A stretch of DNA of 64,000 nucleotides from the IMG/VR virus record IMGVR_UViG_3300001487_000119, positions 64,001 through 128,000 of that record, one strand, 5' to 3'. Below the pieces are notes generated by a model, which ran no database searches, was not told where the DNA came from, and worked only from the letters and a program-made list of their open reading frames with translations. Position numbers and translations under genes: made by a program. This document shows positions 21,698 through 34,480 of this stretch, piece by piece. Position 1 is the stretch's first letter. The number at the start of each line of letters is the position of its first letter. The DNA comes from a virus (taxonomy: Duplodnaviria; Caudoviricetes).

Positions 21698-23098
21698 TTA
21701 ATTTTTTATTATCTTTTTTAACAATGATTTTGCATATAACCATTGATATTTATATTTGTATTGTTTATTAAACTCTTCAATCATCGGTTTAATAATATAA
21801 AATATTATCTCTCCAGTCGTTTGAGTTGATTCTGTAATTTTAATACTGTTAAATAACTCATTAATAATATTAGAATATTTTTCAGTATGTGTATCTTTCG
21901 TAGTTTGATTAGATTCTGTAATTTCAACAGTATTAAATAACTCATTAATAATATTAGAATATTTTTCAGTATATGTATTTAATTCACCATTTTTAAATTT
22001 AAGAGTTTCCATTTCATTAATTAATAATGTAGTTTCTAATAATATATTTTTATATATAAAATCATTTTCATAAGTATCTAATAATAACCAAGGTCTTCCA
22101 TTATAAAGAGATATTAATGTATTTTGAAACCTAATAACAGATGCATCAGTCAAATCATCTTTATATGTTTTAATAATCTAAATTCTTTTCTTTAATTCTT
22201 TTTGTTGTTTTTTATTAAGATTTTTAATATATTTTTCCCATACCTCAAAATGATTATTTAATATTTTTTCTCTAGATGGAATTGTTTTAACAAAATTTAT
22301 AATAAATGAGGTAATATATTTTTCTTCATTATATGCATTTAACCATGTCGGTATATCATATATTGTCATTCCATTATTTTTTAAATTTTGCATTTTTATA
22401 TGCAATTCTTGAGAATAATCTATATTTTTTCTATTATTTTCTAATGATAAAGCATACTTAATAATTTCGTTTTTAGCTTCATTTTTAAAAATCATTAATT
22501 CATCTATTAAGCCATTTTCTTTATTAAAATATCTATTAATAGTTTCAATACAAAATTGAAGCGGAAATTTATTAACTTCATCAATTAATAAATTTAATTG
22601 ATTTGTAATATGTAGTGTATCATTAGATTTTTTGTCATTCTTTACATAACTAGATGGATCATAAGTATAATAATATCTAATTCCATAATTTTTGCCAATG
22701 CGTAATAAATCAAAATCTGCAGGAATATAAAATTTGTTTGGGTCATTTTTATCTACCTGAATATGTTTAACAGCATAATCCAATCTTTCTTGAATTAATC
22801 CAAATGGATCATTATTAAATTTCCAACAAATTTCATTAATAGATTTTTCCCATTGCTCTTTATTTAATTTACTAGCAGATTCTGATGTATTTTTAAGAAT
22901 TTCTTGTATCTTTTTAGTAAATTGAGTAAAATCATTTAAAGTTTCAACATGTTCGTATTCTTTAAATAATTGATTTACTTGATCATTTACTGTATTAATT
23001 TCATTTTCACTTATATGTTCGCCTGTTGTTCTAAATACAACATCGTCATAAATTCCAATATATCTTCTAAATAATTTTTCAATAGTTTCTTTTTTCAT
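21698..23098 (-). CDS. Hypothetical protein, 466 aa (1 TAG), with internal tandem duplication
   Basis: ORFs 22178-23098 and 21698-22153 joined through TAG. Confidence 0.65.
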
Positions 23099-23170
23099 AG
23101 TTTTAAAATTTTATTTTTATAACATTCATAATAAAACTAACTAGTTTAATAAAAACTGGATAACCTTCAT

Positions 23171-23264
23171 ACCGGCTTAACCACTCTATAAACATTAATT
23201 CAATTTTAATCTAAACATTCCTCACAAAATAAAATTATTCAATAATCACCGGCTTAACCACTCT
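23171..23264. repeat. Two 17-bp direct repeats ACCGGCTTAACCACTCT
   Basis: Exact copies at 23171-23187 and 23248-23264. Confidence 0.85.
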
Positions 23265-23412
23265 GAGAACATCCTAAAATTATTTTATAATAATTACTTT
23301 TAAAATGAATTTATAACAAACAAATTTTTATCTATAATATTTTAATTATCTTATTCATTTTTGTTTTTTCTTAAATAAATAATAAAAGTTAAAATAATTT
23401 TTAGCTTTTTAA

Positions 23413-23499
23413 CGGGTAAGAGAAATAGCCAATCAGTTCTTGCAACGATTTAATTACGGCAGAGAAACCAATACAATCACGGCTATCGAACCTTACCCT
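23413..23499. ncRNA. Candidate structured RNA (long irregular hairpin)
   Basis: GC-rich intergenic island; GGGTAAG/CTTACCC and ATAGCC/GGCTAT nested stems. Confidence 0.4.
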
Positions 23500-23520
23500 A
23501 TTTTTATGCAATAAATTATA

Positions 23521-23597
23521 CAAAAAAACTTTTTTCTCAACCCGTCATAAAATAACTAATAGTTAGTTATTCGGTGAAATGATTTTATTTTAAATTA
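23521..23597. repeat. About 75-bp dispersed repeat with palindrome; inverted copy at 58129-58204
   Basis: caaaaaaacttttttctcaacc..tcataaaataactaat(a)gttagttatt shared by both copies. Confidence 0.8.
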
Positions 23598-23701
23598 AAT
23601 TTTTTATAAGCTTCCGAAGAAATCAAAATTCTTCTGGAAGTTTTTCTTTTTAATATATAAAACAAAAATAAATAATAAAATAAAACTTTTATTGTCTAAA
23701 A

Positions 23702-24220
23702 ATGATTTTAAATAAAGAAGCTGTAAAGGCTATAACTCAACAGATAACCCCGGAACAAGCAGAATATGTCAGAGGTGTTAAACAAATTCTTGTTGATCTT
23801 CATGATGGCGAATATAATAAACCAAAAGAAGATATTTCTAGAGATATTATATTTGTAGCAAAGATAATGGCATTTGCTGACAAGTTTAAACAACTTCACT
23901 GGGCAAGTTGTTCTATGTCATATCATAAAACTATTGATGATTTTGGAGATGAATTAGAAGAATTCAAAGATGCTATTGCTGAGAATATCCAATCAATTAT
24001 TGGTCAATTCAATGGTGATGAAATAACTAAACTAGAACTTCCTATTCAAAATGATCCATTGCAATTAATCAATGAAGTTAAAATTTGCATTGTAAATTGG
24101 TTTGAACTTCATAAAGATGATATGGAGTATGAAGGATGTAGAAATATATTATCTGGATTCTTAGAAACGGTTCACAGATATATATACTTATTCAGATTGT
24201 GCAAATTAGAATGTAAGTAA
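23702..24220 (+). CDS. Dps/ferritin-like four-helix protein
   Basis: KQLHW...YHKTIDDF.DEL....DAIAE pattern. Confidence 0.7.
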   Translation: MILNKEAVKAITQQITPEQAEYVRGVKQILVDLHDGEYNKPKEDISRDIIFVAKIMAFADKFKQLHWASCSMSYHKTIDDFGDELEEFKDAIAENIQSIIGQFNGDEITKLELPIQNDPLQLINEVKICIVNWFELHKDDMEYEGCRNILSGFLETVHRYIYLFRLCKLECK

Positions 24221-24240
24221 AAATAATAATTTAATATAAT

Positions 24241-25062
24241 ATGAAAAAGCTTTTAAAAGAATCATATGAACCAGAAATATAGAATGGAATATATAACGCT
24301 GCATTGATGAATTTAGATGATGTTCGCAAAAGTTTGCCAAAGAATACACCTAAAAAAATTTGGGATTTATATCAACAATTATTTGACGTATTAGAAAATG
24401 AAAATGTTAATAATATTACTAGTGATGGATTTACTATTTTTATTCAAGCAGCTGATCCACATGATAGATATTATCAACAATTTGTAGGAAAAACTTTTGA
24501 ACTTTATAATACTCATCATATATCAAAAGAAGAAGAACAATATCTTGGCGTTGAAGGATGCGATTATGTTGGTGAAATAAATGTTAATGGTGAAATTCAA
24601 CCAATACCATTCGTAAAAAATAGTGTAAACAGTAAAATACCTATATCATTTGAATGGATTTATGCTGGTTATATAAAATCTAAAATTCAAGAAAGCAAAT
24701 ATATAAAAAAAGATAATAAAAAAGATTTGTATGAAAGCATTATAACTTCTGTTGCTAGAGAAGTTAAAAAAGCTCTTAATGAAGAATATAATTCTGTAAA
24801 TGAATCAGTTTCAACAAGCGAGCTAGTTAAATATATATGTTATAGTTTAAATACCAATAAAAGCGAGGATGAAGAAGAAGTTTGGAGAGCTGTATTGCAA
24901 TTCAAAGATGAACATCCTGGAGAACCATTTAGATATACAGTAAGTCCAACTGCAAGTTTAAAAAATAAAAGAAATACAATAAATGGACAATTATTAATTT
25001 TAAAAATTGGAGATGATGCATGGTTTTGGAAAGCATCTGAAAAAATATTTGAAAAAATATAA
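24241..25062 (+). CDS. Hypothetical protein with internal leader-A module (1 TAG)
   Basis: Starts MKKLLKESYEPEI(Q); internal KKDNKKDLYESIITSVAREVKKALNE. Confidence 0.7.
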
Positions 25063-25068
25063 ATTAGA

Positions 25069-26022
25069 ATGAAAAATAATCCAAAAATAATAAAAGTCAA
25101 TCCATAGAATATTCTGCCTGTAAATGAAGCATGGGCAGCTACTGCTGGTTTCTCTACATCACCAGATTATGGAAATCCAGCATTTTCTTATGAAATTAAG
25201 CCATTGTCATTCACTTTATGTTAGAAAGGAAATGATCCAGAACTGTTAGACAAAAACAAATCATTTAAGTTTTTTGTCGGCGACCATGTTTCTGGCTATT
25301 GCCCTTATGATGGAAAGAAACATGAAGGTATGATTAAATATTTCTATTGGGTTCCAGGAAGTGACGGAACAATGCCAAAATTTGTTTATATTCAAGATTT
25401 TTCTAATGAAGATACAATTCCGTTAGACGCAGAATCTATTAAACCTACTTTGACAAGATATACTCCAAATGATTTAGCAGTTAAAGATTATTATAGAGCA
25501 AGAGATACGGAAATTGCACATGATTATGGGGCAACTGAAATGCCAAAAACTGTTTTTGAAGGAAAGAATTTTAATTTTAATGAAACTTAGTTTAATTTTA
25601 ATAGTGTAAAAGAAAATTTAACATTAAATGAACAATATGCATATTTAAATGAAGCTAAAGTAATGGCTAAAAAATTTTTTAAAGAAAATTTTGATTTAAA
25701 ACCTGCTAAAGGATTTTCATTTAAACAATATGTAGACAAATCTACAGGTGCATATGTTACTACAGAACCTTCAGATGGAAAACCAACCGGAACTATGAAA
25801 TTTTTTGCTAAACATGGAATTTCTAAAGTTTACAAAGGTTCTATTGGTTTTTCAGAAAAAGAACAGAAATGGTATGGTTGGAGCCATAGAGCAATTTATG
25901 GATTCGGTGTTGGTTCCAAAGTAAAGAAAGGAGATTGCGGATATAAAGGAAAAGCTTGGACCGCTAAAACTTTAGATGATGCAAAACAAATGGCAAAAGA
26001 TTTTGCTGATACAGTAAGTTGA
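25069..26022 (+). CDS. Hypothetical protein, 317 aa (3 TAG)
   Basis: ORFs 25330 and 25663 are in frame with ATG 25069; several VNE/LNE sites. Confidence 0.65.
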
Positions 26023-26049
26023 AAAATAATAAAAATAATAAAAATATAT

Positions 26050-26430
26050 ATGAAAAAAGATAACAAAAAAGCTTTATATGAAAGCATTATGACTTCTATC
26101 GCTAAAGAAGTTAAAAAGGTTCTTAATGAAAGACAAATATTATCAGAAGAAGAAAAACTTTCTAGAAGAATTGGAAATAAATTATCATTTAGAATTTATG
26201 GTGGAGATTGGAATGATATTTTAGATGCTATGGAAAATAATAATCCTGAAGAAGCAAGAGAAATTTGTAGAGCAATAAATAGGAGCTATCGTACTCGTGT
26301 ATTTTCTAGCGATGAAATAGAATTTATGATTAATAATTGGGAATTGTGTAAAGAGTCGGCACGTAAAATACGAAAAGAAAAAATTGAAAAATTTTATCGT
26401 ACAGGAATTTTACCAGAGCATTAGAGATAA
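26050..26430 (+). CDS. Leader-A family protein
   Basis: MKKDNKKALYESIMTSIAKEVKKVLNE; ends TAG AGA TAA. Confidence 0.8.
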
Positions 26431-26508
26431 TATATATAAATTTAAAGACACTTCTAATTTTTAGAGGTGTCTTTTTCATCAATAAATAATAAAATAGTTT
26501 TCAATACT

Positions 26509-27945
26509 ATGGCAAAAACTGAAATAACAGCAAAACAACTATATGAGAATAGAAATACTTCTGATGTTTTTTCTCGTCTTGTTATAATGGGAGTTCTTAG
26601 AGTTCTTAATCAAAAACTTAAATATACTTAGGTTTGGGAAGATACAGAAGAAGGAACTCAGGAAATAACAGTTCCATTTTTCTTTGATTTTTCTGGTGGT
26701 GCCGGAACATCTGAAAAGTTTATTCAAGACAATTATATGAACTGGACTGATGATGAATGTACTTCAATGGGAATCAAAAAAGTGAATGGTGATTATAAAC
26801 CTATTCCATATGGTGTTATTTCTCTTGATTCAACTAATATCGAATCTGGAAATATTTCTAATAGATTTGTTATGGGACAATTTCAAAAAAGAATAAATGG
26901 CGAATTAAAACCATATGTTGCCTGCCTTTATTCTATCCCGTTGACAATGAGTTTTACCATTAATGTTGCATGTGATACTGTTAATACAATGTGGAAAATA
27001 GAATAGGCATATAGAGAATTTTTCTATAAAAACAAAACATTCCATATTAATTATAAAGGAACTGTTGTTCCATGTAGAATAGGCTTTCCAGAATCATTGA
27101 CAGAAAGCAAAACTGCTAATTATACTATGGGTGCTCAACAAAAAGATGGTGCTGATGTCAAATTAAGTTTTAGCTTAAATTGTGAAACATACCAACCTGT
27201 TTTTGATCCATATACAGAAATGCCGGCTAACAGAAATATTAAAAATTTCCAAGGCGGAATAACACTTCAAGAAAAATCAAGTTTAGCAACAGACAAATAT
27301 GGAGAAAAACAAATCATTAAAGAAAGAGTAATAGATGAAAACGGTTATATTGAAGCAGAACATATAGACAGATTGAATGTTGTTGCACTTGAAGATATAT
27401 TGTTAAAATGGAATTTCTTCTATAATTATTCAGATTTATTGCATGTTGATATATTATATAAAGAATACGGAGATGAAGAATATCATACAATATTAAATAA
27501 TATCGACAACCATAATTTCTGTCATATGAGCATTTCCGGTGAATTTGTCAATGAACCTGAAATAGATGTTATTATTCCTCAAGACGATGATGTGATGATT
27601 TTGGGACAACCGGTATTCAAATTCTATTTGACTCCAGACAATACAATAACTGGTGATACTTGCGTAGTGATAGATAAAGGATAGTTCTTATTTAGTCGAC
27701 AAGCTGAAAGATGCAAAATAGATGCAATATTATCATTTGAAGTTGAAGGAAAAATAAAAGAATATCCTATTAAAATTAATTTATTAAATGGGGCAGTTGA
27801 TACAGAGAATCCTGTTGAAATGAATTGTATTGTATATCCTAAAGAATTTGATGCCAGAAAGATTCAATTATTTGTTAGAGATCATGACAGACCTGATATT
27901 ATAGCGGCATTTTAGGATGAAGATGAATTTGTAAAAGTTTTTTAA
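26509..27945 (+). CDS. Tail completion / sheath stabiliser (gp15-like) with C-terminal extension (4 TAG)
   Basis: EITVPFFF, IPYGVISL, SIPLTMSFTINV, KIE(Q), LSFSLNCETYQP; single frame of 478 aa. Confidence 0.6.
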
Positions 27946-27981
27946 AAATAAATATATTGATAACAAAAAAATATATAGAAT

Positions 27982-28647
27982 ATGAAAAGAGATAATAAAA
28001 AAGCTTTATATGAAAGCATTATGACTTCAGTAGCTAAAGAAGTTAAGAAAGTATTAAATGAATCAAATAATGAAGATGAAAATTTTGATTTTGATTCATG
28101 GGATGATTTAATGAATTATCTCAAAGATAATGATGCGTATGAAGGAATTGAAAAAATATTTGATTTGGTAGATGAGTTTGAAACTGAAGAAGGTAAGTAT
28201 GATAGGTATGGACAATGGCATAAGCCAAAATAGCATGAATGTGGAGAGTTGATTAATTGTTATACATATAAAGCATTAGCAGAATATATACGAGATACAT
28301 CTAAAGCATTGCTAAAAACTGCAGAAGTTATTGAAAATATGGAACCAACTATTCATATTAATTTGATAGATTTATGTCAAAATATTGTGAATAAATTTGA
28401 TATGAATGATTGGTGTGAATGGATAGATGAAGGTGATGATTCATTAATTTCATTATTAAATGCAAATGGAGTTATGGAGTTTTTAGAAAAAGAATATGGT
28501 GTAGATAATGAAGATTTAATATTATATATAAAAGATAATATTTATAAAATATGTGATTATTTACATGATTATGAACCAAGTGAACATGAATTAAAATCAT
28601 GGGGAAGGAAATATGGATATTCAAAATGGGGTCAAGATGAAGATTAA
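27982..28647 (+). CDS. Leader-A family protein, acidic cargo (1 TAG)
   Basis: MKRDNKKALYESIMTSVAKEVKKVLNE; joins the 28249 ORF. Confidence 0.78.
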
Positions 28648-28694
28648 ATAATAATATCTAAATAATTATAAAAACATAATTTAATTTTAAATAT

Positions 28695-29117
28695 ATGAAA
28701 AAAGATAATAAAAAAGCTTTATATGAAAGTATTATGACTTCAGTTGCTAAAGAAGTTAAGAAGGTATTAAATGAAGATGTTGAATATACAGAAGATGATG
28801 ATTATGAAGCTGAAGCTGAACAATATGGAATAATTTATTATAAAGATATAATAAAGTGGTTGTAGACGGAGGATAAATTTAATATAGAATTATATGCTAA
28901 TGATGTTGATGAAGCAGATTGTGCAGCAAAGTTATTTTTGAATTGGGAAAATCCAAGTCGTCCTGAATATTATTTTCATAAAATAGATCATAGTTGTGCA
29001 GTACTTGACGCTATTACTAATTTGTCAAATGAATTATTAAGTGGTTCATCAATTAATGACTTATATAATGAATATGGTGACTCTATATGTTTTAATATAA
29101 AGGATTATGATTATTAA
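28695..29117 (+). CDS. Leader-A family protein (1 TAG; missed by the ORF track)
   Basis: MKKDNKKALYESIMTSVAKEVKKVLNEDVEY...; ends TAA. Confidence 0.78.
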
Positions 29118-29157
29118 TTGATTTAAACAAAATAAAAATTATTTAAAATTTAATAAT

Positions 29158-29817
29158 ATGAAAAGAGATAATAAAAAAGCTTTATATGAAAGCATTATGA
29201 CTTCGGTGGCTAAAGAAGTTAAAAAGGTATTGAATGAATACAAAGGATCTGGCATAGTAGGTTCATTTAATAAAAATACAAATGGTGTAGTTGATCTTGG
29301 TTTACCTTCTGGAACATTATGGTGTAAATGTAATCTTGGAGCAAATACCGAAACTGAATATGGAGATTATTATTCATGGGGTGAATTAATTACCAAGTCC
29401 GAATATACTGAGGAAAATTATATGCATGATGATAATTTTAAACAACTTCCACCTGAATATGATGTAGCAACATAGACATTAGGTAAAAATTATTCAATAC
29501 CAACTAGAGAATAGTGTATTGAATTACTTGAATATACAAATAATGAATGGGTTCATGATTATAATAAATCTGGTGTAGATGGTTAGTTGTTTATTAGTAA
29601 AATAAATGGTAATAAATTGTTTATTCCTGCTGCAGGTGTTCGTATGAGATATAGCATTTATTATGATAATGATTGTTGTTATGTTTGGTCATCAAGTCTT
29701 GATACAGCTTACCCAGATGGTGCATGGTACATGTACTTTAATTATGACAAATATGTTCGCATAAACAGTAGCAGTCGTTACCACGGTCTTTCAGTTCGCC
29801 CAGTTTTTAAAAAATAA
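29158..29817 (+). CDS. Leader-A + VDLGLPSG lectin-like domain protein (3 TAG)
   Basis: Leader A, VDLGLPSGTLWCKCNLGA, IPTRE(Q), FIPAAG, WSSSL...GLSVRPV. Confidence 0.82.
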
Positions 29818-29952
29818 ATATATTGAAATATATATAACTTATTATAAATCAATCAATTAAGCAAAATTTTAATAATTTTGCTTAATTTTTTTGTAATAAA
29901 TAATAAAATAGTGAAAAACTATAACAAAAATATAAAAATAAATTAAAAATTT

Positions 29953-32900
29953 ATGGCAAAAAATCAAACAAAAGCTGTTTTAGACAACTTTAAAATTCAA
30001 TCTTATGTTGATAGTTTATTTGAGTCAAATGCAGGCAAAAATCAACGTTTGCAACATTTCTTAAGTGAATATCAAAAAGTTTTGGAACAAGGCAATGCTA
30101 AAGAATTTATGATTTATGAAGAATTCGGTCATGGTCTTGCCAATTTTGCTACTGGAAATAAGGCGGTCAAGAATGTTATTAATGAAATGAATACCAATCT
30201 TGCTACTTATGGAAAGGAGCTTAATACTTATAAGTTAATGGAATGCATTTGCGATGATGCAGCTAAATGCGCATGTGAAGACGCATATACAAATTATCTT
30301 GAATGTCAAGATGCAAAATCAAAAGCAATTCTTTGTGATGCTTGTGATGCACTTGAACAATCTGGTGATCCTGTTGCTCCGCAATTAACCATTGTTATTG
30401 CTAATCCTAATGCACAATTAGAACCTCAACAAATTACTACATTTGATAATGAGGGTAAATTCTCTGAGATTCAACGCAAAATTGAAGCTGATAAACTTCG
30501 TCAATCTGTAGAAGCTGCTAAAGCTGAAATTGATGCATATGCAGAAAAAGTTTATCAAGAAAAAGTTGCATAGGCAGAAGCAGAACGCAATGCTAATGTT
30601 TATGACAATATAGTTAATGCTAATGGAATTTGTTTAAGCGAATCTATTAAAAATATTATGAATTCTGAAGCAAAGACTAATAAAAAATTAGTTGAAACTC
30701 TTGAACAATATAAAGGTGCGTTGAATCAAGGACTTTATGAAGAACGCCTTTATGAAGGATTTATTAAAAACATTACTCCATTTAATTATCTTAAGTCTGT
30801 TGATAAAGAATTAAAACGTCTTGAAAAGGTTGCAGAAGATCATCAAACATCTATTAATATTACTAAGATATTAGAAGAAATGTATACTTCCGGTTCTTAT
30901 CATATTATTCCTTTAATTGAGGAAGATACTTGCAGATTTATTAAAAATCCTACAGATGTTAACTGCAATCAATTAAAGGCAGCATTAGCATCTTTTGCGT
31001 CTGATCCATATTGTCACGCAATTCTCGAAGAACTTGAATTATTTAATAGTACACCGGCATTTTTGGTTAATGATAAGACAATGACTATTAAAGATCGAGC
31101 CAGACTTATTAAAGAGCATGCTAATGTTTCTAATGTTTATTCTCCGGTTCAATATATTAAAGAGAATGAATGTGTATTTAATGTCAATGGCCAATTCTAT
31201 GTAAAGAAAGGCAATACACTTGCAAAGCTTTCTGAAGAATATGTTCCTCAATTATCTGAGAAATTTATTTCACTTTGCCAATTAGTTAATGATCCACGGG
31301 TAATTATGAATGAAGATCATATTACTTTAGTTGGCAATAACAAGATTGCAAATATTTATGAAAGCTATATTGATATTAATGGAAATAAAGAATCTATTGA
31401 GTCTGTTCGTAATTTAGGTGAAATGCAACTTAAATATGATTTTGATAATAACTTCTTTATTATGACTTCATGTTTGGCAGAAAACTTTAATAATATCGCT
31501 AATGTTAATTTTGCTAAACATATTGCATTAAATGAAGATGAAGGAATTAATATTGATTTGTTTAATTTAAGCGGAAATATTTTTGTTAATGCTGTTAATG
31601 AATCTATGTTAACTTCTACCTTCTATCACAATGTTAATCCTATCCAATGCCGTAATTTAATTAATAACCATATGGGTATTAATGTATCTTACTTATTTGA
31701 AGATCTTCTTCCATCTCAAGATAAAATGTATCTTAAACTCAATGAAACCAAAAATGAATATGAAGCGTCTATTGCTAAATATGAGGCTACTATTGAGAAA
31801 CTTAAGAAAGCTAAAGAAGATGATATTTCAGAAGACGGAGAAAAGAAACTTGATGCTGCTATTGAAGCTGCACAAGCTAAGGTTGACGAACTTAAGAAAG
31901 AATATAAAGATTGGCAAGATGATGTTGATAAAGTAACTAATCCTGAAAATAATAAAGATGAAAAATCTGAAAAGGATTCTGAGGCCGAAGATAATCAAGA
32001 TGATAATACTGAAGAAGAAAAGGCCAATGAACCAATTGATGCTGAAGATGTTGAAGCAGCTAAAGCAGATTTATCCACTCCGCTTTCTCAAGAAGCCGGT
32101 GATTTATCAGTATCTGATGATGAATTTGATTCTTATCTTGAAGGTGGTTCTGAAGTTTCCGGTGATGAAATGGATCCAACCGATGTTAATATGGCACATC
32201 ATGCATTAGCCGGTGACGGTAAAGAAAATGAAGAACCAAACCCAGATGAATTAGATGACCCAATGAGTAATAAAGAACTTCCAACAGAAGGTGATGAAGA
32301 AACATTACCACAAGTTAATACTGATGATGAAGATCCATTTGATACTGAAATTGGTAATGATGAAGAAACACCGGCTGAAGGTGATGAAAAAATTAATCCT
32401 GAAGAACCTATTGATTTTGAAGGTGATGAAAATGCTTCAGAAGAACCTGAATCTGATGTAACTAGTGAACCAAGTGAAGAACCAATTGATGCTGAAGGTA
32501 CTGATGTTTCAACAGAAGTTGATGGTGTTAGTATTCCAGAAGGTTATAAAATTGCAAATATTAAATTTGATGAAAATCTTAAAACTGGCGAATTATTCAG
32601 AACTGGTAGTATTACTGTGATGGTTGATATGGTTGATGGTGCTGGTAAAGTTTATACTGAATCAAATAACTATCATTTCTATATTGATGAAGAAACACAT
32701 CTTCCTGTTATTGATGCAGCAGATATTCCTGTAGCTCTTTACAATGCATTAGTTTCTTCTATTCAATCTGATTCACAATTTACTAAAGCCGATACTGAAG
32801 GTAAAGACGGTGGCGCAGAGACATTCGATTCTGATAAAAAAGATTTCCCAGATTATGATGAAATTTATTATAATGCAGATGATGTTAATGATGCTTCTGA

Positions 32901-33453
32901 TGAATTACAAAAAGATGATGAAGAAGGATATTTTGATTTCACCGATGATGGTGAAGGCGATATTACTTTCTCGGCTAAAGAAGAGGAAACGCCAACCGAA
33001 GCCGAACTTCCTGCAAAAGATTCTGAAGATGTAATTCCGGCAGAAAACGCTCCAGAAAAACCAGTTAAAGCATCTGATTTATTCAATGGTGTTAAAGATG
33101 AACCTGAAGAAGAAATTAATTCTGAAGAGGTTATTACTCCAGCATATAAATCCGGTGATACCGTAATTGATGAACCTGCAGATAATGTTGAATTTGAAGA
33201 TGAACCAAAAGAATCTGATGAACCTGCAGATGATGAATTAGATTTTGATGAAGAAACTCCGGTAGATACTTCAATTAATAATCAAGAATCAAGTTTTAAT
33301 TCAGATGAAAAAGATTTTCCAGATTTCGATGAAGTTGATGAAAAACCAGAAAAAGAAGAAAATGAATCAGTAAAACCTGAAAAGAAAATTTCTTTAAATG
33401 AAGCTAGAGCCGCATTTGTAAAATTAAAAGCTGAATATAAAGCAAAACATTGA
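29953..33453 (+). CDS. Large acidic protein, 1166 aa, possibly prohead core/scaffold (1 TAG)
   Basis: Two ORFs joined at TAG 30571; coiled coils, D/E/P-rich C-terminal half, LFE/LSE/LNE sites, late-type promoter. Confidence 0.6.
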
Positions 33454-33552
33454 TGATTAGAGCTTTTAATAAATTGTTTTTGAATTATTTAGAATTCCAA
33501 TTTAAAAATTCTAAATAATTCAAAAACAAATAAAAATAAATTAAATTATGTC

Positions 33553-34422
33553 ATGATAGAAAAATTATATGAGTATGCATTAAAAAATGCAGGAAATAAA
33601 GTCGAAATAACACAAGTGCAATCTATTCAAGAAGGAAAAGTTAAATTTTTTGGTATTATTGATTTACTTCGTCAAAAAGAACCAATAGCGGTTTATGAAA
33701 TCGGTGATAAAGTTTTTTATAATAATTATGATGATGTAATTTATACTATTAATGAAAATAAAAATGTAGTTGAAGATTTATCAGCATATGATGAAGATGA
33801 AGATTATATTAATACTTCATTATTAGAAGACGGTTATCAATTAATAGATTCATTATTATTAGAAAGAGCAAAAATTAGAAAACCTGGTTTAACTACCGGC
33901 GGAGATATTAGAAAATCACAGAAAAGAGCAGAAATTATGAATGGTACTAAAGATCGTCAAGAATTTGAAAAGAAAGTTGAACGTCTATCTGATGAAGCTG
34001 GTGTTGCAAATCCATTAGTTCCACAACCTCAACAAGAATCAGTTAATATTGAAGATGCTAATGAATTATCTGAATCATTAATTGATAAAGATAATATCGA
34101 AATTATTTATGAACCGATGGATTGGGTTATTATTAAAGAAAATGGAATGAAAGCACAAGTAACAAATGTTTATAATGATGGAGACGGAAATCTTAAAATG
34201 TTGACAATTGTTGCATCTAACGGTGTTTGTTATGATGCAGACCCGGATGAAATTGAGCCGGATCCAATATATTTGGCAAATCTTCCAGGAGTCACTGTTA
34301 ACAGCACATTATTAGGTGTTCCAAGATTGGCAACATTTGATATTAATCCTGAAACTAAATTAACTGATAAAGTTAATAATGATGATCCTGCACTTGAGGA
34401 AAAATATAAAGATTTTAATTAA
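33553..34422 (+). CDS. Hypothetical protein, probably head-associated
   Basis: 289 aa, acidic, several LxE sites. Confidence 0.55.
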   Translation: MIEKLYEYALKNAGNKVEITQVQSIQEGKVKFFGIIDLLRQKEPIAVYEIGDKVFYNNYDDVIYTINENKNVVEDLSAYDEDEDYINTSLLEDGYQLIDSLLLERAKIRKPGLTTGGDIRKSQKRAEIMNGTKDRQEFEKKVERLSDEAGVANPLVPQPQQESVNIEDANELSESLIDKDNIEIIYEPMDWVIIKENGMKAQVTNVYNDGDGNLKMLTIVASNGVCYDADPDEIEPDPIYLANLPGVTVNSTLLGVPRLATFDINPETKLTDKVNNDDPALEEKYKDFN

Positions 34423-34444
34423 TAAGTTAAAATCAAAAAAAGAA

Positions 34445-34476
34445 AAAGAGATTCAATTAATTTTGAATCTCTTTTT
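34445..34476. terminator. Bidirectional terminator
   Basis: aaaagagattcaa-ttaatt-ttgaatctcttttt; related hairpins at 12771, 39648, 60718. Confidence 0.7.
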
Positions 34477-34480
34477 ATTA

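Noticed and set aside
23171-23264. Mini CRISPR array
   Set aside because: Only two 17-bp repeats with a 60-bp gap and no cas genes
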